A DNA stretch of 64,000 bases, taken from NCBI GenBank assembly GCA_021735655.1, contig JAIPGM010000009.1, positions 1-64,000 on the forward strand, in the 5' to 3' direction. A model generated the notes under the pieces. The model worked only from the letters and a program-made list of their open reading frames with translations, was not told the DNA's origin and ran no database searches. Both the position numbers and the translations under genes were made by a program. This document shows positions 1 through 9,513 of the stretch, in pieces. Source of the DNA: Candidatus Omnitrophota bacterium (GTDB lineage: Bacteria > Omnitrophota > Gorgyraeia > Duberdicusellales > 4484-171). Position 1 is the stretch's first letter; each line of letters starts with the position of its first letter.

Positions 1-300
1 GTTTGCAAAAAGCTATGGCTTTGCCCCCGCAAAGCCGGACGGTGCCTGCACCTACCACCAAGCCCGCTGAAGCACCGACAGGTGCGGAAGCGGGCGGATG
101 CATCATGATATAGAGAACAAGGAAAACAGCATATCGTAAAACCTTAATGATATGTCAGCCAAAAGTCCGAATATAGATATTAGGCATAAGCAGGTATTAT
201 AGCAGGATATAGTTAGTTTACAGAGTGGTTTAATAAAATAGTGATTGAAGCCGGACGAGCACAAAGCTTCCTTCAGAAATCATGATTGTTGAGGGAGAAA

Positions 301-346
301 AATTAAAAAGCAGGATGCCTAATTCGAATAACTAAACATCCTGCTC
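301..346 (-). terminator. Rho-independent terminator after cbiM. The hairpin is AGCAGGATG...CATCCTGCT, followed by a T-run on the minus strand.
   Basis: A 9-bp perfect inverted repeat lies at 309-317 and 337-345. The A-run at 301-309 on the plus strand reads as a U-run after the stem on the minus strand. It sits immediately 3' of the cbiM stop at 369. Confidence 0.6.
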
Positions 347-368
347 CAACTCAACTTAATGTTTTTCT

Positions 369-1283
369 CTATGCATTAACTTCTAACTGTCTAGATTTAT
401 TCAATAATCCTGCAACCATCCAGGCAATTACAAAAGTAATAATTACCCCTGCCAACCCTGCCAAAGATGTTGCCAATATTTCATTACTTATTACCGGAAC
501 TATATAGTCGGGTAAAGGGCTAACAAAATTTGGCGCTGTTTCATGAAGAAAATTAAACTTTCTAGCCACCCATTCTAAACCATCGGGCAAACCACTGGCA
601 AAAGGGCTCAAAACAAAGGCAACAATACCAGAAGCCACGAGGGGAATTATAATGGATTTTTTCTCTAAAGTATTTACCGGATCATGGCCTAAAGCAAAAC
701 ATGCTGCAACAGTAATTAAACCCTCGCCTATCCCAATAAATGCGTGGGTACCCCACATTGCCCCAATCACCTTGAAAAAGGGAATGATTCCTGAAACAGC
801 TAACTCAATACTGCAAACCAATGTCGCTGCCATTACTGATAACCAAGCAGCAAATCCTAACCCTAACGCATAATGAATATTTGATGTTTGGGATTTTTTA
901 AAGTATGCCTGAATAAACCCGCCTAACCCTGCTCCAACAATAGCCATGTTAAAAATATTTGCTCCTAAAACAGTAAGCCCACCATCAGAGAAAACCAAAC
1001 ATTGAATTGTAGCGACTAAAGCCATAGATAAAATTCCAAAAGGAACACCCAATAAAGCAGCAGCCAATACACCGCCAAGCAAATGCCCGCTCGTTCCTCC
1101 ACTAATTGGAAAATTCATCATTTGTCCGGCAAAAATTAGCGCTGTAATTGCCGCGAATTTTCCTGCACTGGGCTTAGCTTTAGCAAAAAAAACCTTAAAG
1201 GCTGCTAATCCAACACCCACAACACTAACCACTGCCGTAACCGGACAGACCCCACCTTGTAACATCCCATTAGGAATATGCAT
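369..1283 (-). CDS. cbiM: ECF-type cobalt/nickel transporter substrate-specific component CbiM/NikM, with a C-terminal PDGLE domain
   Basis: The N-terminus MHIPNGML is typical of CbiM. It is a polytopic membrane protein. The C-terminal 80 aa contain the LPDGLEWVA (PDGLE) motif. Upstream is an RBS, GAGGGAGGT. Confidence 0.8.
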   Translation of the reverse strand: MHIPNGMLQGGVCPVTAVVSVVGVGLAAFKVFFAKAKPSAGKFAAITALIFAGQMMNFPISGGTSGHLLGGVLAAALLGVPFGILSMALVATIQCLVFSDGGLTVLGANIFNMAIVGAGLGGFIQAYFKKSQTSNIHYALGLGFAAWLSVMAATLVCSIELAVSGIIPFFKVIGAMWGTHAFIGIGEGLITVAACFALGHDPVNTLEKKSIIIPLVASGIVAFVLSPFASGLPDGLEWVARKFNFLHETAPNFVSPLPDYIVPVISNEILATSLAGLAGVIITFVIAWMVAGLLNKSRQLEVNA

Positions 1284-1388
1284 AAGATACCTCCCTCAAT
1301 GAAACTTTTCCAATTTAATGGTAATTAAATTGGGATTAGTATAATGAAACCCTCAATAAAACCCCTATTTTATCAAAGGCAAATTCGG

Positions 1389-2012
1389 CTATATGATTTT
1401 TCCAGCACTTACCACAACAAAACCACCTTTTCCAAAACCTCTCTGAGGCTTTTCGATTGAGTCAATCTTGCTTGGCAAGCGAAATATTGTCTGATAATAA
1501 GAAAAGCTACTAAACCCTGCAGTTTTAAGTAAAGCTGTTAATTCTTTTACCGTAAGCAAATTGGCCTCCTGGTAAAAAACACTTTTCTTAGTTCGATAAA
1601 ATTCACCTAAAAAGCTATTTCTATCTATTATGCCTATGATCAGCTTGCCACTATTCTCAAGAACTCTCCATGCTTCCTTAATTACTCCCAGCGGATTATC
1701 AACAAATGAAAGAGTAACAATAATCACAGCGTAGTCAAAGGCGTTATCCAAAAAAGGAAGGTCTTCGCCAAGACCCCAGCACACGTTTACTCCTCTTTGT
1801 CGGGCAATTTCAATCATATCATGAGAGGGATCGATCCCCATCTGAATTCCTAAAGCAGAAGCAAATCTCCCCGTACCAACACCGATCTCTAAACCTCGCC
1901 CTTCTTTAGGAATTACAATCTTAAAAGCTTCAATTTCCGATAAATAAGCAAGTTTATTCCTATCGTACCAAGCATCATATTTTTTAGGATACACTTCAAA
2001 TATGTTTTTCAT
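1389..2012 (-). CDS. Class I SAM-dependent methyltransferase
   Basis: It has the LEIGVGTGRF glycine-rich SAM-binding motif I and a Methyltransf_11-like layout. Confidence 0.75.
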   Translation of the reverse strand: MKNIFEVYPKKYDAWYDRNKLAYLSEIEAFKIVIPKEGRGLEIGVGTGRFASALGIQMGIDPSHDMIEIARQRGVNVCWGLGEDLPFLDNAFDYAVIIVTLSFVDNPLGVIKEAWRVLENSGKLIIGIIDRNSFLGEFYRTKKSVFYQEANLLTVKELTALLKTAGFSSFSYYQTIFRLPSKIDSIEKPQRGFGKGGFVVVSAGKII

Positions 2013-2380
2013 ACAGCGCTCTGCTCATCAGCTATACTAATCCCATTCTCAACAGCCATTATCAAATCAACAACCTTATTACTTATTAATTCCAATTTAG
2101 CTAACTCTGAATTAGCCGTATAGTTATCCCCAGAGTCACTTAACTGAATGACTCGCCTAACAATGACATGGAGCTTGGCGTGGGCTTTTTCAAGCTCTTG
2201 CATCTCAGATATCATTCCATACTTTTGTATCCCTTCGGTATATAGCCACTTCCCTAAACTGCATTCATGAGGGGAAACTGCTTCTTCCTCCTGAATACAC
2301 TCTCCTCCATCAAGAAAACACCTAAGCCTGATATTCCAAATTACATGATCCCTTATTTCTTGAATAAAATTAATTTTTCC
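2009..2380 (-). CDS. CZB (chemoreceptor zinc-binding) domain protein, stand-alone
   Basis: The H..W...L...C.LGKWL signature is present as DHVIWNIRLR...HECSLGKWLY. I moved the start to the internal Met (MGKINF) to avoid a 25-nt overlap with the upstream J-domain gene. Confidence 0.6.
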   Translation of the reverse strand, partial: GKINFIQEIRDHVIWNIRLRCFLDGGECIQEEEAVSPHECSLGKWLYTEGIQKYGMISEMQELEKAHAKLHVIVRRVIQLSDSGDNYTANSELAKLELISNKVVDLIMAVENGISIADEQSAV

Positions 2381-2409
2381 CATAATACCGACAAAAAACA
2401 TTAATATGA

Positions 2410-2733
2410 TTAGAAATCTAAATCTCCCCACCATCCATCATAAAATCTTTTCAAATGTTTGTAGAATTCTTTATCCATGGCATTCCTTTTTACATCTTTT
2501 TCTTTAAAAGAGTAGCGATAATTAGTACAATAAACCGAAAGGATATCCCTAGCATGATTAATCTTCTTAATCATCTCTTCGCAGTGTTTTTTATCCTCCT
2601 CCTGGCAGCGATCAGGATGAAATTCAAGACTTAAGCTTCGATAGGACTCCTTTATATCATCCAAAGTTGCCATTTCATCCAAGCCCAGTACTTTTCTTGC
2701 TTCATCAATTTGTTTAAAATCTGCCATTTGCAC
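2410..2733 (-). CDS. J-domain (DnaJ-like) protein with an HPDRC...C motif
   Basis: It has the HPD tripeptide (EFHPDRCQEEDKKHCEE) and a J-domain helix pattern. It is a paralog of the gene at 21997..22686. Confidence 0.7.
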   Translation of the reverse strand: MQMADFKQIDEARKVLGLDEMATLDDIKESYRSLSLEFHPDRCQEEDKKHCEEMIKKINHARDILSVYCTNYRYSFKEKDVKRNAMDKEFYKHLKRFYDGWWGDLDF

Positions 2734-2764
2734 TTTCCTTACTCTGAAAAATTTCAGGACTACA

Positions 2765-3082
2765 TCAAATGCAAGGTTTAATTAGAGTTTCAAGTTCTGC
2801 CTTCGACAATGCACCCACACCCTTATCAACCACTTTACCCGCTTTAAAAATTACCAACGTAGGAATACTCATAATGCCATATTCAGAAGCTGTTTTTGGC
2901 GCTTCGTCTACATTTAATTTACATACCTTTAATTTCCCTTGATAATCCTTAGCTATCTCTTCAACTACCGGAGCGACCATAAGACAAGGCCCACACCAAG
3001 GAGCCCAAAAATCTACCAAAACCGGTAAACCCGATTCTAATACCTCTCGCTTAAAATTACTATCATTTACTTTAGCTTCCAT
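2765..3082 (-). CDS. trxA: Thioredoxin
   Basis: It carries the WAPWCGPC active-site motif and is 105 aa long. Confidence 0.9.
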   Translation of the reverse strand: MEAKVNDSNFKREVLESGLPVLVDFWAPWCGPCLMVAPVVEEIAKDYQGKLKVCKLNVDEAPKTASEYGIMSIPTLVIFKAGKVVDKGVGALSKAELETLIKPCI

Positions 3083-3109
3083 TCACCCTCCTTTCTATTC
3101 TACAAAATT

Positions 3110-3820
3110 CTAAACTTCTATTGTCTGTCCTACCTTTACACCGACAAAATTATTTCCATATTCAGCTTTAAATATTTCTATCGCCTCATAACCGGTGCAA
3201 TGAGTAGGCCCAACTTTCTCGACTCCAATTTCTTTGAGCTTCTCGACTATGAGTTTCACTTCTCTTTTATCCTTATCGATCAAGTGGAATTCGCCCAAAA
3301 CAAGATAAATATGATCAGAAATATTCGCCTTCACGGTTTCAATAATCTTGATTATCCCCGGATGTGCGCAACCAGTCAAAATAGTTAAACCTTTAGATGT
3401 CTTTAAGGTAAGTAACTGCTCAGCTATTGGTTGACCACCATAACTGCCGATTATTTCACCCGTACTATAGATATTTTCGTTCAATTTAGTAAACTGCTTA
3501 ATATCTGCTAGCTTACCGCCATAAGATTTAACTGTTGTCTTAAACTTTTTGCTGAAAGAACGACAGACATAGACCTTTAATCCTGAGCGCTCCTCCAGTA
3601 TATCCTCTAATCCACCGGTATGATCCCAATGATCATGAGAAATAACTACTTTTTCTATTTTCGATAGCTTTACTTCCATAAATTCCAGGTTGTTGAATAA
3701 CGACCATCCCTTTTCACCAGTATCAAAAAGAATTTTTCCATCTACAAGATAAGCCACGCCCCAGCCGGTTAAAAAGTGCTCACCTAAAGAAAAACTATCA
3801 AAAAGTATTTTAACCTGCAT
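3110..3820 (-). CDS. MBL-fold metallo-hydrolase
   Basis: It carries the HxHxDH motif as VISHDHWDHTGG. Confidence 0.8.
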   Translation of the reverse strand: MQVKILFDSFSLGEHFLTGWGVAYLVDGKILFDTGEKGWSLFNNLEFMEVKLSKIEKVVISHDHWDHTGGLEDILEERSGLKVYVCRSFSKKFKTTVKSYGGKLADIKQFTKLNENIYSTGEIIGSYGGQPIAEQLLTLKTSKGLTILTGCAHPGIIKIIETVKANISDHIYLVLGEFHLIDKDKREVKLIVEKLKEIGVEKVGPTHCTGYEAIEIFKAEYGNNFVGVKVGQTIEV

Positions 3821-4700
3821 TTTTCTTTGAATTATATAACAATACTATATCGCCTAACCTACAGCCAGTATGCTCAGCTACTACCTGACACTTAACCATG
3901 AATAAAAAGAAAATTGGCCTTTTTTCTTGCGACAAAGTTTCAAAGTTACCCTGGCCCTTGCTGATTATCATGTCGGCGCTACGGTAAATCCGCTTAAATT
4001 CTTTTGAGCATAAAGGCAATATTGTTCCCGGGGCATCAGTCCCATTAGAAATTATCCGGCTCACCTTATCTAAACCGCAAACTCTGGCATCATCCAACAG
4101 GGCATCGTTTATAATCGGCTTTTCCTTTACCGCATAATAAATAATTTTATCAGGATAAAGTCTTTTTATCTCTTCAATCAAAATCCGGTCAAAAACTGTT
4201 TCGCCGGCATTATCAGCTAAATAAAGAATATTTTTAGTTTTTTTAAGGCACTGTTTAAACTCTCGATAATGAAATATTGACTGCTTATCGATGTATTTCT
4301 TTTCTTTAGCTAATATTTTTTTTAATTCTTGGTCAATATTCAAATTGTTTTTTACTCCAAAATCTATAATATTGCCGGCAATGGCCAGTTCCACTGACAC
4401 CAAAAGCCGATTCTTAGAAGAATTTACCTTATTCTTTAATTGCTTATAGAGCTTTAAAGCTAGGCGGTTGCTTGTAGCCTTTATTTTTTTATAAGGGTCA
4501 TTTCCCGGACTAAGCTTTTTTAACAAGTGATAACCCACACGAGCTATCTCCGGAGGCGTAGAATTAAGAGAAACTTCAGAGATTGTCTTTGCTAAGTGAT
4601 TAATAATCTGCTTCTGATGTTTCGGACTCAACCCAGCAATCCTGGCTCCTTCCAGAGCCTGCCGAAAAAAACAAGGTATACAGTCTAGATAAGTTTTCAT
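3810..4700 (-). CDS. DUF89-family protein (damage-control phosphatase ARMT1-like)
   Basis: The N-terminal MKTYLDCIPCF and the overall pattern resemble DUF89. This assignment is from memory of the family, not a search. Confidence 0.5.
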   Translation of the reverse strand: MKTYLDCIPCFFRQALEGARIAGLSPKHQKQIINHLAKTISEVSLNSTPPEIARVGYHLLKKLSPGNDPYKKIKATSNRLALKLYKQLKNKVNSSKNRLLVSVELAIAGNIIDFGVKNNLNIDQELKKILAKEKKYIDKQSIFHYREFKQCLKKTKNILYLADNAGETVFDRILIEEIKRLYPDKIIYYAVKEKPIINDALLDDARVCGLDKVSRIISNGTDAPGTILPLCSKEFKRIYRSADMIISKGQGNFETLSQEKRPIFFLFMVKCQVVAEHTGCRLGDIVLLYNSKKNAG

Positions 4701-5473
4701 TAAACTTTACCTCGCCTGGCTAAGGTATCTTTATTGCTAATCGGTTTAATATCTTTTTTTGACGCTTCATAGACCGATACCGCAGGCAACCCTTCAAAAT
4801 ATTTTTTTATTCCGGTTAATTCTCCTTTGGGTAACGGCTTCACCCTGCACAGCCTAAGAGGCGTATTAATTTGAACTTCCTCAGGATTAATTTCTCTTAT
4901 AATCTTTGCAATCTCTTTTGCATATTTTTTATTTTCTTTGATAAACATAACTTGCAATGCTAATTTCCCTTGATATATATTTTTAAATTTTTTTATCGCG
5001 AAAACAATATTTTTAAAATAAATGCTTTTTAACGGACGATTAATTACCTCAAAAACTTCCTGCGAACAAGCATCAAGCTTAACTGCAACTAAATCAGCGA
5101 GTAATAGGTCTTTCTGGACATCTTCTCTGTGTAATAGAGAAGAGTTAGTTAAAACTGCTATTTTGTTTTTTCGTATTCTTTTAACCGCCCTTATCGCATC
5201 TCCCAAATTCTCGGCGATAGTCGGCTCACCTGCTCCAGAAAAAGTAATATAATCTATTTTTACCGGCGGCAATGAGTCTAGCTCTTCAATAATCTTACTG
5301 ACCGGAACAAAAACCTTTCTTTCATCGCTAAAAAGCAGGGTTTTGCCCAATTGGCAATATATACAATCAAAACTACAGATTTTATTGCCTTGAGAAATTA
5401 GGTCTATCCCTAAAGAACTGCCCAACCTCCATGAAGGAACCGGGCCGTAAATATATTTAAATTCAGGCTTCAT
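4700..5473 (-). CDS. Radical SAM protein (CX3CX2C)
   Basis: It has the CSFDCIYC cluster motif and a YGPVPSWRLGSSLGI N-terminus typical of a radical SAM subfamily. Its start overlaps the DUF89 gene by 1 nt. Confidence 0.8.
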   Translation of the reverse strand: MKPEFKYIYGPVPSWRLGSSLGIDLISQGNKICSFDCIYCQLGKTLLFSDERKVFVPVSKIIEELDSLPPVKIDYITFSGAGEPTIAENLGDAIRAVKRIRKNKIAVLTNSSLLHREDVQKDLLLADLVAVKLDACSQEVFEVINRPLKSIYFKNIVFAIKKFKNIYQGKLALQVMFIKENKKYAKEIAKIIREINPEEVQINTPLRLCRVKPLPKGELTGIKKYFEGLPAVSVYEASKKDIKPISNKDTLARRGKV

Positions 5474-5476
5474 TTG

Positions 5477-5836
5477 TCAACGCACAATGAATTTTGACTT
5501 TACGCGGTTAGCCGAAAAAAAATCCTTGGTAAATTTTAAGGCAACTTTATGGTCAAAGAACTTACAGGAAAAAATATTAATATAAGAAATACGCCAATGC
5601 TCACTGAAATGACCAGTTATCGAGCTGGTTTCAATAAATTGTAAAAGTGAATAACCGCTAGTCTGAGGTTTTTGCAAACCAAAATACGGAAGATGCAACT
5701 TACCATATTTCTCCATATCAATTAATTCACAAAGACGGTCGACATATGCACTGATTTTTTTCTTAGACTTCATAGTTTTTAAATCACAATCATATAAGTC
5801 CATAATCAGTTCGTACCCGAATGCCTTTTGATCCAT
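5477..5836 (-). CDS. Pyruvoyl-dependent S-adenosylmethionine decarboxylase-like protein (SpeH/AdoMetDC family)
   Basis: The N-terminus has ...MDLYDCD... and the C-terminus has SSITGHFSEHWRISYINIFSC, resembling the SpeH pattern ESHLTIHTWPE...DVFTC. Confidence 0.55.
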   Translation of the reverse strand: MDQKAFGYELIMDLYDCDLKTMKSKKKISAYVDRLCELIDMEKYGKLHLPYFGLQKPQTSGYSLLQFIETSSITGHFSEHWRISYINIFSCKFFDHKVALKFTKDFFSANRVKSKFIVR

Positions 5837-5865
5837 ACCCGCCTCCTTTAAAAATTAATTAATAT

Positions 5866-6261
5866 TTAAAAACGTAATAAATAACCGGCTATTGCTCGAT
5901 AAAGCGTACTTACTGCAAGTATTGAGCAGTGCAGATGGTCTTCGGGTAAACCTTTCAACCTTGTGATCACTTCTCCCGCAGAGACTGTCAACGCCTCGTT
6001 GATTGTTTTACCATAAGCCAGATTAGCGACCATTGCAGCACACGCCCTTGTTGCGCCGCAGCCATCTGTATAATATTTAATATCGGTAATCTTTCTATCT
6101 TCTATCACCAAATAAAACTCCATCGAATCCCCGCAAGGCCCTTTTAAGTATGACGAAGCTGTAGGATCGCTCATTCTGCCAAAAAACTTCGGATCATTTA
6201 AAAGACTTACAAACTCTTTAGGGTAGCCAGTAGTTTCTTCCTTGTTACTTGAATTTTTCAT
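5866..6261 (-). CDS. NifU/IscU N-terminal-domain-like Fe-S scaffold protein
   Basis: It has the GPCGDSMEFYL...DGCGATRACAAM cysteine pattern of IscU/NifU N-domains. Confidence 0.65.
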   Translation of the reverse strand: MKNSSNKEETTGYPKEFVSLLNDPKFFGRMSDPTASSYLKGPCGDSMEFYLVIEDRKITDIKYYTDGCGATRACAAMVANLAYGKTINEALTVSAGEVITRLKGLPEDHLHCSILAVSTLYRAIAGYLLRF

Positions 6262-6286
6262 ATAGATACCCTCCGAAATTATCTAT

Positions 6287-7276
6287 TTATGCCGACACGT
6301 ATTTATTTTTATCTTTAAAACTTGGCTCTCTTGGCCCGTCAACCGGCAGCTTAGACTCACTGATGAATGCCTTAAAACTTCCTAAACGAACAGATTGCCC
6401 GCTTGGCTTATTTGAAAAAAGGTATTGCTTCTTCGTGTCTAATTTTTTTATAAGTTCATCTTCAAAGGCATATGCCGAAACAAAATCCATTCCATTTTTC
6501 GTTAAAACAAAAACAGGTATTTGCCGAGAAAGTTGCATTATAGCCGCAGGGCCGATCATCTGTCTTATATCAAAAGAAGCGCAACTCCAGACTAAATCAG
6601 CGTAATCACGTATCATGTTAATTTTATCTTTAGCTATACCGGTCGTACATATTGCCAATGAAATTATTCTAATACCGCTTTCTTTTTCTAACGAACGTAA
6701 TGCTTTTAAATTCTTAGCTGAATGACCACATATAGTAACCGCAATAGTCTTATATCCTGCTTTTATCGCGCCTTCAACTCCCCGTACCTGATCAATAAGC
6801 GCGTTTTCAAATATCATCTGACAGCCAGCAGCCTTAAGTTTCTGAATAATCGCTTTAATCGGTGAGGTTAACAATAAACTATTCATTCGGGCGCCGATGC
6901 CTTGTACTATTTCCGGTTTATCGGTAACAACCGTCCCCGCCCCTTCGCAAACTACAACTGCCGAATCTATCGTACCTTTTTTTAACGCGAACATGAGCAT
7001 CTCTGAAGCGCCATATGGTATCGTAACATCATCATATGAAATTTTTCTCTCATCCGTAAAAAAACCGTAGTCTTTTATTTTTGACTCAATCACTTTTTTT
7101 ATAGAATTTTTAATGGCTTCCTTATTGTTGCCCCGAATACCACTAAAATCCTTATATAGGTGCTCGGCCAGTGGGCAAAAAGCAAGTGTTGGCTCGGTAA
7201 TATTAATGACCTTCCCAGAAGATACACTCACAAACGATGAAAAATATTTTAATATATGGATATCCCGTTTATCCAT
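6287..7276 (-). CDS. Conserved hypothetical protein, possibly DUF2099-like
   Basis: It is a long ORF with good coding periodicity. The family assignment is uncertain. Confidence 0.4.
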   Translation of the reverse strand: MDKRDIHILKYFSSFVSVSSGKVINITEPTLAFCPLAEHLYKDFSGIRGNNKEAIKNSIKKVIESKIKDYGFFTDERKISYDDVTIPYGASEMLMFALKKGTIDSAVVVCEGAGTVVTDKPEIVQGIGARMNSLLLTSPIKAIIQKLKAAGCQMIFENALIDQVRGVEGAIKAGYKTIAVTICGHSAKNLKALRSLEKESGIRIISLAICTTGIAKDKINMIRDYADLVWSCASFDIRQMIGPAAIMQLSRQIPVFVLTKNGMDFVSAYAFEDELIKKLDTKKQYLFSNKPSGQSVRLGSFKAFISESKLPVDGPREPSFKDKNKYVSA

Positions 7277-7288
7277 AAAATCCTTATT

Positions 7289-8140
7289 CTAAACTTGTAA
7301 TTTTTCCCAAATTTTGCGAATCTCACCCTTAACTACCGTATCCTTATATTCAATAATAGTCTTACCCTCAACCATAGCTTCTACCACTGTTTTATCAAAT
7401 CTGACTTTACCGGCTAAGGAAATTCCACTCTTTAGGCAATGTTCTTCTATTTTTTCTGACATATCCAAATTTAAATCATATTTATTAATTACTAACCGCG
7501 AAGGGACATTAAAATGTTTAGTTACTTCTATAACCCTTAACGCATCATGCAAACCGGATAAGGTGGGTTCAGTTACTACTACCGCGCAATCTATTCCAGA
7601 AAGCGAGGCGATAACCGGACATCCTATACCTGGGGCACCGTCAATGATAACCCAATCACAATTATTCTTCTCGGCCAGTTCTTTTGCCTGTTTTCTCACC
7701 AATGAGACAAGCTTGCCTGAATTCTCTTCAGCGATTCCAAGTTTAGCGTGCACCATCGGGCCAAAGCGAGTTTCGGAAATAAACCACTCTCCGGCAATAT
7801 TCTCTTCCATCTTAATAGCGCCAACCGGACAAACATGATAACAAAAAGTACATCCTTCGCAGGAAACCCCATCTACAGAAAAATCTTCACTTATAGCAGA
7901 GAAACGACAGACTTCAACACATTTGCCGCATTTAACACATTTTTCCTTATCAATAACGGCTGTTTTGCCACTTCTGAATTCATGTTTTTCTTTGACCGAC
8001 GGCTTCAGCAAAAGATGCAGATCCGCTGCGTCCACATCGCAGTCAGCCATAACTTTATTTTTCGCCAGTGCCGCGAAGGCTCCGGTAATTACAGTCTTGC
8101 CTGTCCCGCCTTTTCCACTTATTATGACTATTTGCTTCAT
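7289..8140 (-). CDS. MinD/ParA-family P-loop ATPase with an inserted 4Fe-4S ferredoxin domain (COG1149-like)
   Basis: It has the SGKGGTGKT deviant Walker A and two CxxCxxCxxxCP motifs (CVKCGKCVEVC, CEGCTFCYHVCP). I moved the start to MKQIVIIS, giving a 10-nt gap after the upstream stop. Confidence 0.8.
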   Translation of the reverse strand: MKQIVIISGKGGTGKTVITGAFAALAKNKVMADCDVDAADLHLLLKPSVKEKHEFRSGKTAVIDKEKCVKCGKCVEVCRFSAISEDFSVDGVSCEGCTFCYHVCPVGAIKMEENIAGEWFISETRFGPMVHAKLGIAEENSGKLVSLVRKQAKELAEKNNCDWVIIDGAPGIGCPVIASLSGIDCAVVVTEPTLSGLHDALRVIEVTKHFNVPSRLVINKYDLNLDMSEKIEEHCLKSGISLAGKVRFDKTVVEAMVEGKTIIEYKDTVVKGEIRKIWEKLQV

Positions 8141-8150
8141 GCAGTCTCTC

Positions 8151-9497
8151 TTACATTTTATCTGACGCGTTTTGAGCCGCCAAGACAACCGGATACATAG
8201 TTGGAGCAGATGTTAAATAGGGGTGAGTTGCCATTTGCAATGTTTCTAACTCGGTTATCGAGACTCTCTGTTGAATAGCCATACCAATAATGTTGATTAT
8301 TTCCCCCGCTGATATGCCTCCAGCTACCTGCCCACCCATAAAAATACCTGATTGTTTTGAAAAAATAAGTTTTACCCTTATTTTGTTTGCTCCGGGAAGG
8401 CTTCCGGGATGTTTATCAATACTCTCGGTATTTCCCGAAACAATCTCAAATCCCTCTTTCTTGGCACTCATTTCGGTAAGACCGGCTGAACCCAAAACCA
8501 AACCATCCACGTAAGTTGAGTAAATCGCTATTGTCCCCTTATTTTCACGCACAACCTTTAATTGGTATAGATTTGCTCCGGCAATCCTCGCCTCAGCAGT
8601 AGCAGTAGAAGCAAGCATAACTGGTGTGTCTTTTCTCGTGTAAAAATCTCGTTTTCCGGCACAATCACCCACAGCAAAGATATCGGAATCAGCAGTACGC
8701 ATATACTCATCCACCCATATACCCTGGCCTCTTCCTAAATCCAAACCTGCTTCGGTCGCTAAGGCTGTATTCGGACTAGCGCCTATCCCTAAAATAACGC
8801 TATCCACTTTAAGCTCTTTTCCGTTTTCAAACCGCACACCCTCTACTCTTTCCTTCCCTAAAAATTCAACCACTTTAGTGTCAGTTAAAATGGTGACTCC
8901 TCTTGACTTTAACTTCTCTTCAACCAATAAAGAAAATTCCTTATCAAAAGAATTTGCCAGTAAACACGGAAGAACCTCTGCTAAATATACATTAACACCG
9001 TTTATTTTTGAAATCTCATCAGCAAATTCAACGCCGATAAATCCTCCCCCCAGAACCAATACATCCTTAGCTTTTTTTAATTCCGCTACTGTTTTTTTTA
9101 AATAATCCATTTCTTTATATATCGGGTAAACTCCCTCTTTATCAATTCCAACTATTGAGGGCTTAATCGGCACCGAACCAGGGGCAAGGACCAATTTCTC
9201 ATATTCATATTCTTCGCCACTTTTAGCGGTTACTTTTTTTAGGCTACGGCTTATCTTTACCGCCTCATCAATAACGATTTCTATATTATTCTTCTTAAGA
9301 GCGTCAAGCCCCAACTTATTGTCATCGGGATTTTTAAGGCTCCAAAACATATAAGGAATACCACAAGGAATACAACCGTTAATCACATTTTTCATAACTA
9401 AGACATTTTTATCCGGATAATATCGCTTTGCCGTGATCGCACTCACCAACCCAGCTGGTCCACCGCCAACAATAAGAACATCCACTTTTTTAGCCAT
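8151..9497 (-). CDS. FAD-dependent pyridine nucleotide-disulfide oxidoreductase (NADH oxidase / CoA-disulfide reductase family)
   Basis: It has the VLIVGGGPAGL FAD motif, a single redox Cys in CIPCGIPY, and a second GGGFIGVE NAD motif. Confidence 0.85.
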   Translation of the reverse strand: MAKKVDVLIVGGGPAGLVSAITAKRYYPDKNVLVMKNVINGCIPCGIPYMFWSLKNPDDNKLGLDALKKNNIEIVIDEAVKISRSLKKVTAKSGEEYEYEKLVLAPGSVPIKPSIVGIDKEGVYPIYKEMDYLKKTVAELKKAKDVLVLGGGFIGVEFADEISKINGVNVYLAEVLPCLLANSFDKEFSLLVEEKLKSRGVTILTDTKVVEFLGKERVEGVRFENGKELKVDSVILGIGASPNTALATEAGLDLGRGQGIWVDEYMRTADSDIFAVGDCAGKRDFYTRKDTPVMLASTATAEARIAGANLYQLKVVRENKGTIAIYSTYVDGLVLGSAGLTEMSAKKEGFEIVSGNTESIDKHPGSLPGANKIRVKLIFSKQSGIFMGGQVAGGISAGEIINIIGMAIQQRVSITELETLQMATHPYLTSAPTMYPVVLAAQNASDKM

Positions 9498-9513
9498 AAA
9501 GTATACTTCTCCT

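Noticed and set aside
1-110. Cobalamin riboswitch at the window start
   Set aside because: Only short word matches were found (GCCCCCGCAA, a B12-box-like AAGCCGGA..CCTGC). The order and spacing are non-canonical. On either strand it would not be positioned to control cbiM. The evidence is insufficient.
6287-7276. Calling this ORF methanogenesis-marker-8/DUF2099
   Set aside because: The family memory is vague and no diagnostic motif was identified. It is left as a conserved hypothetical.
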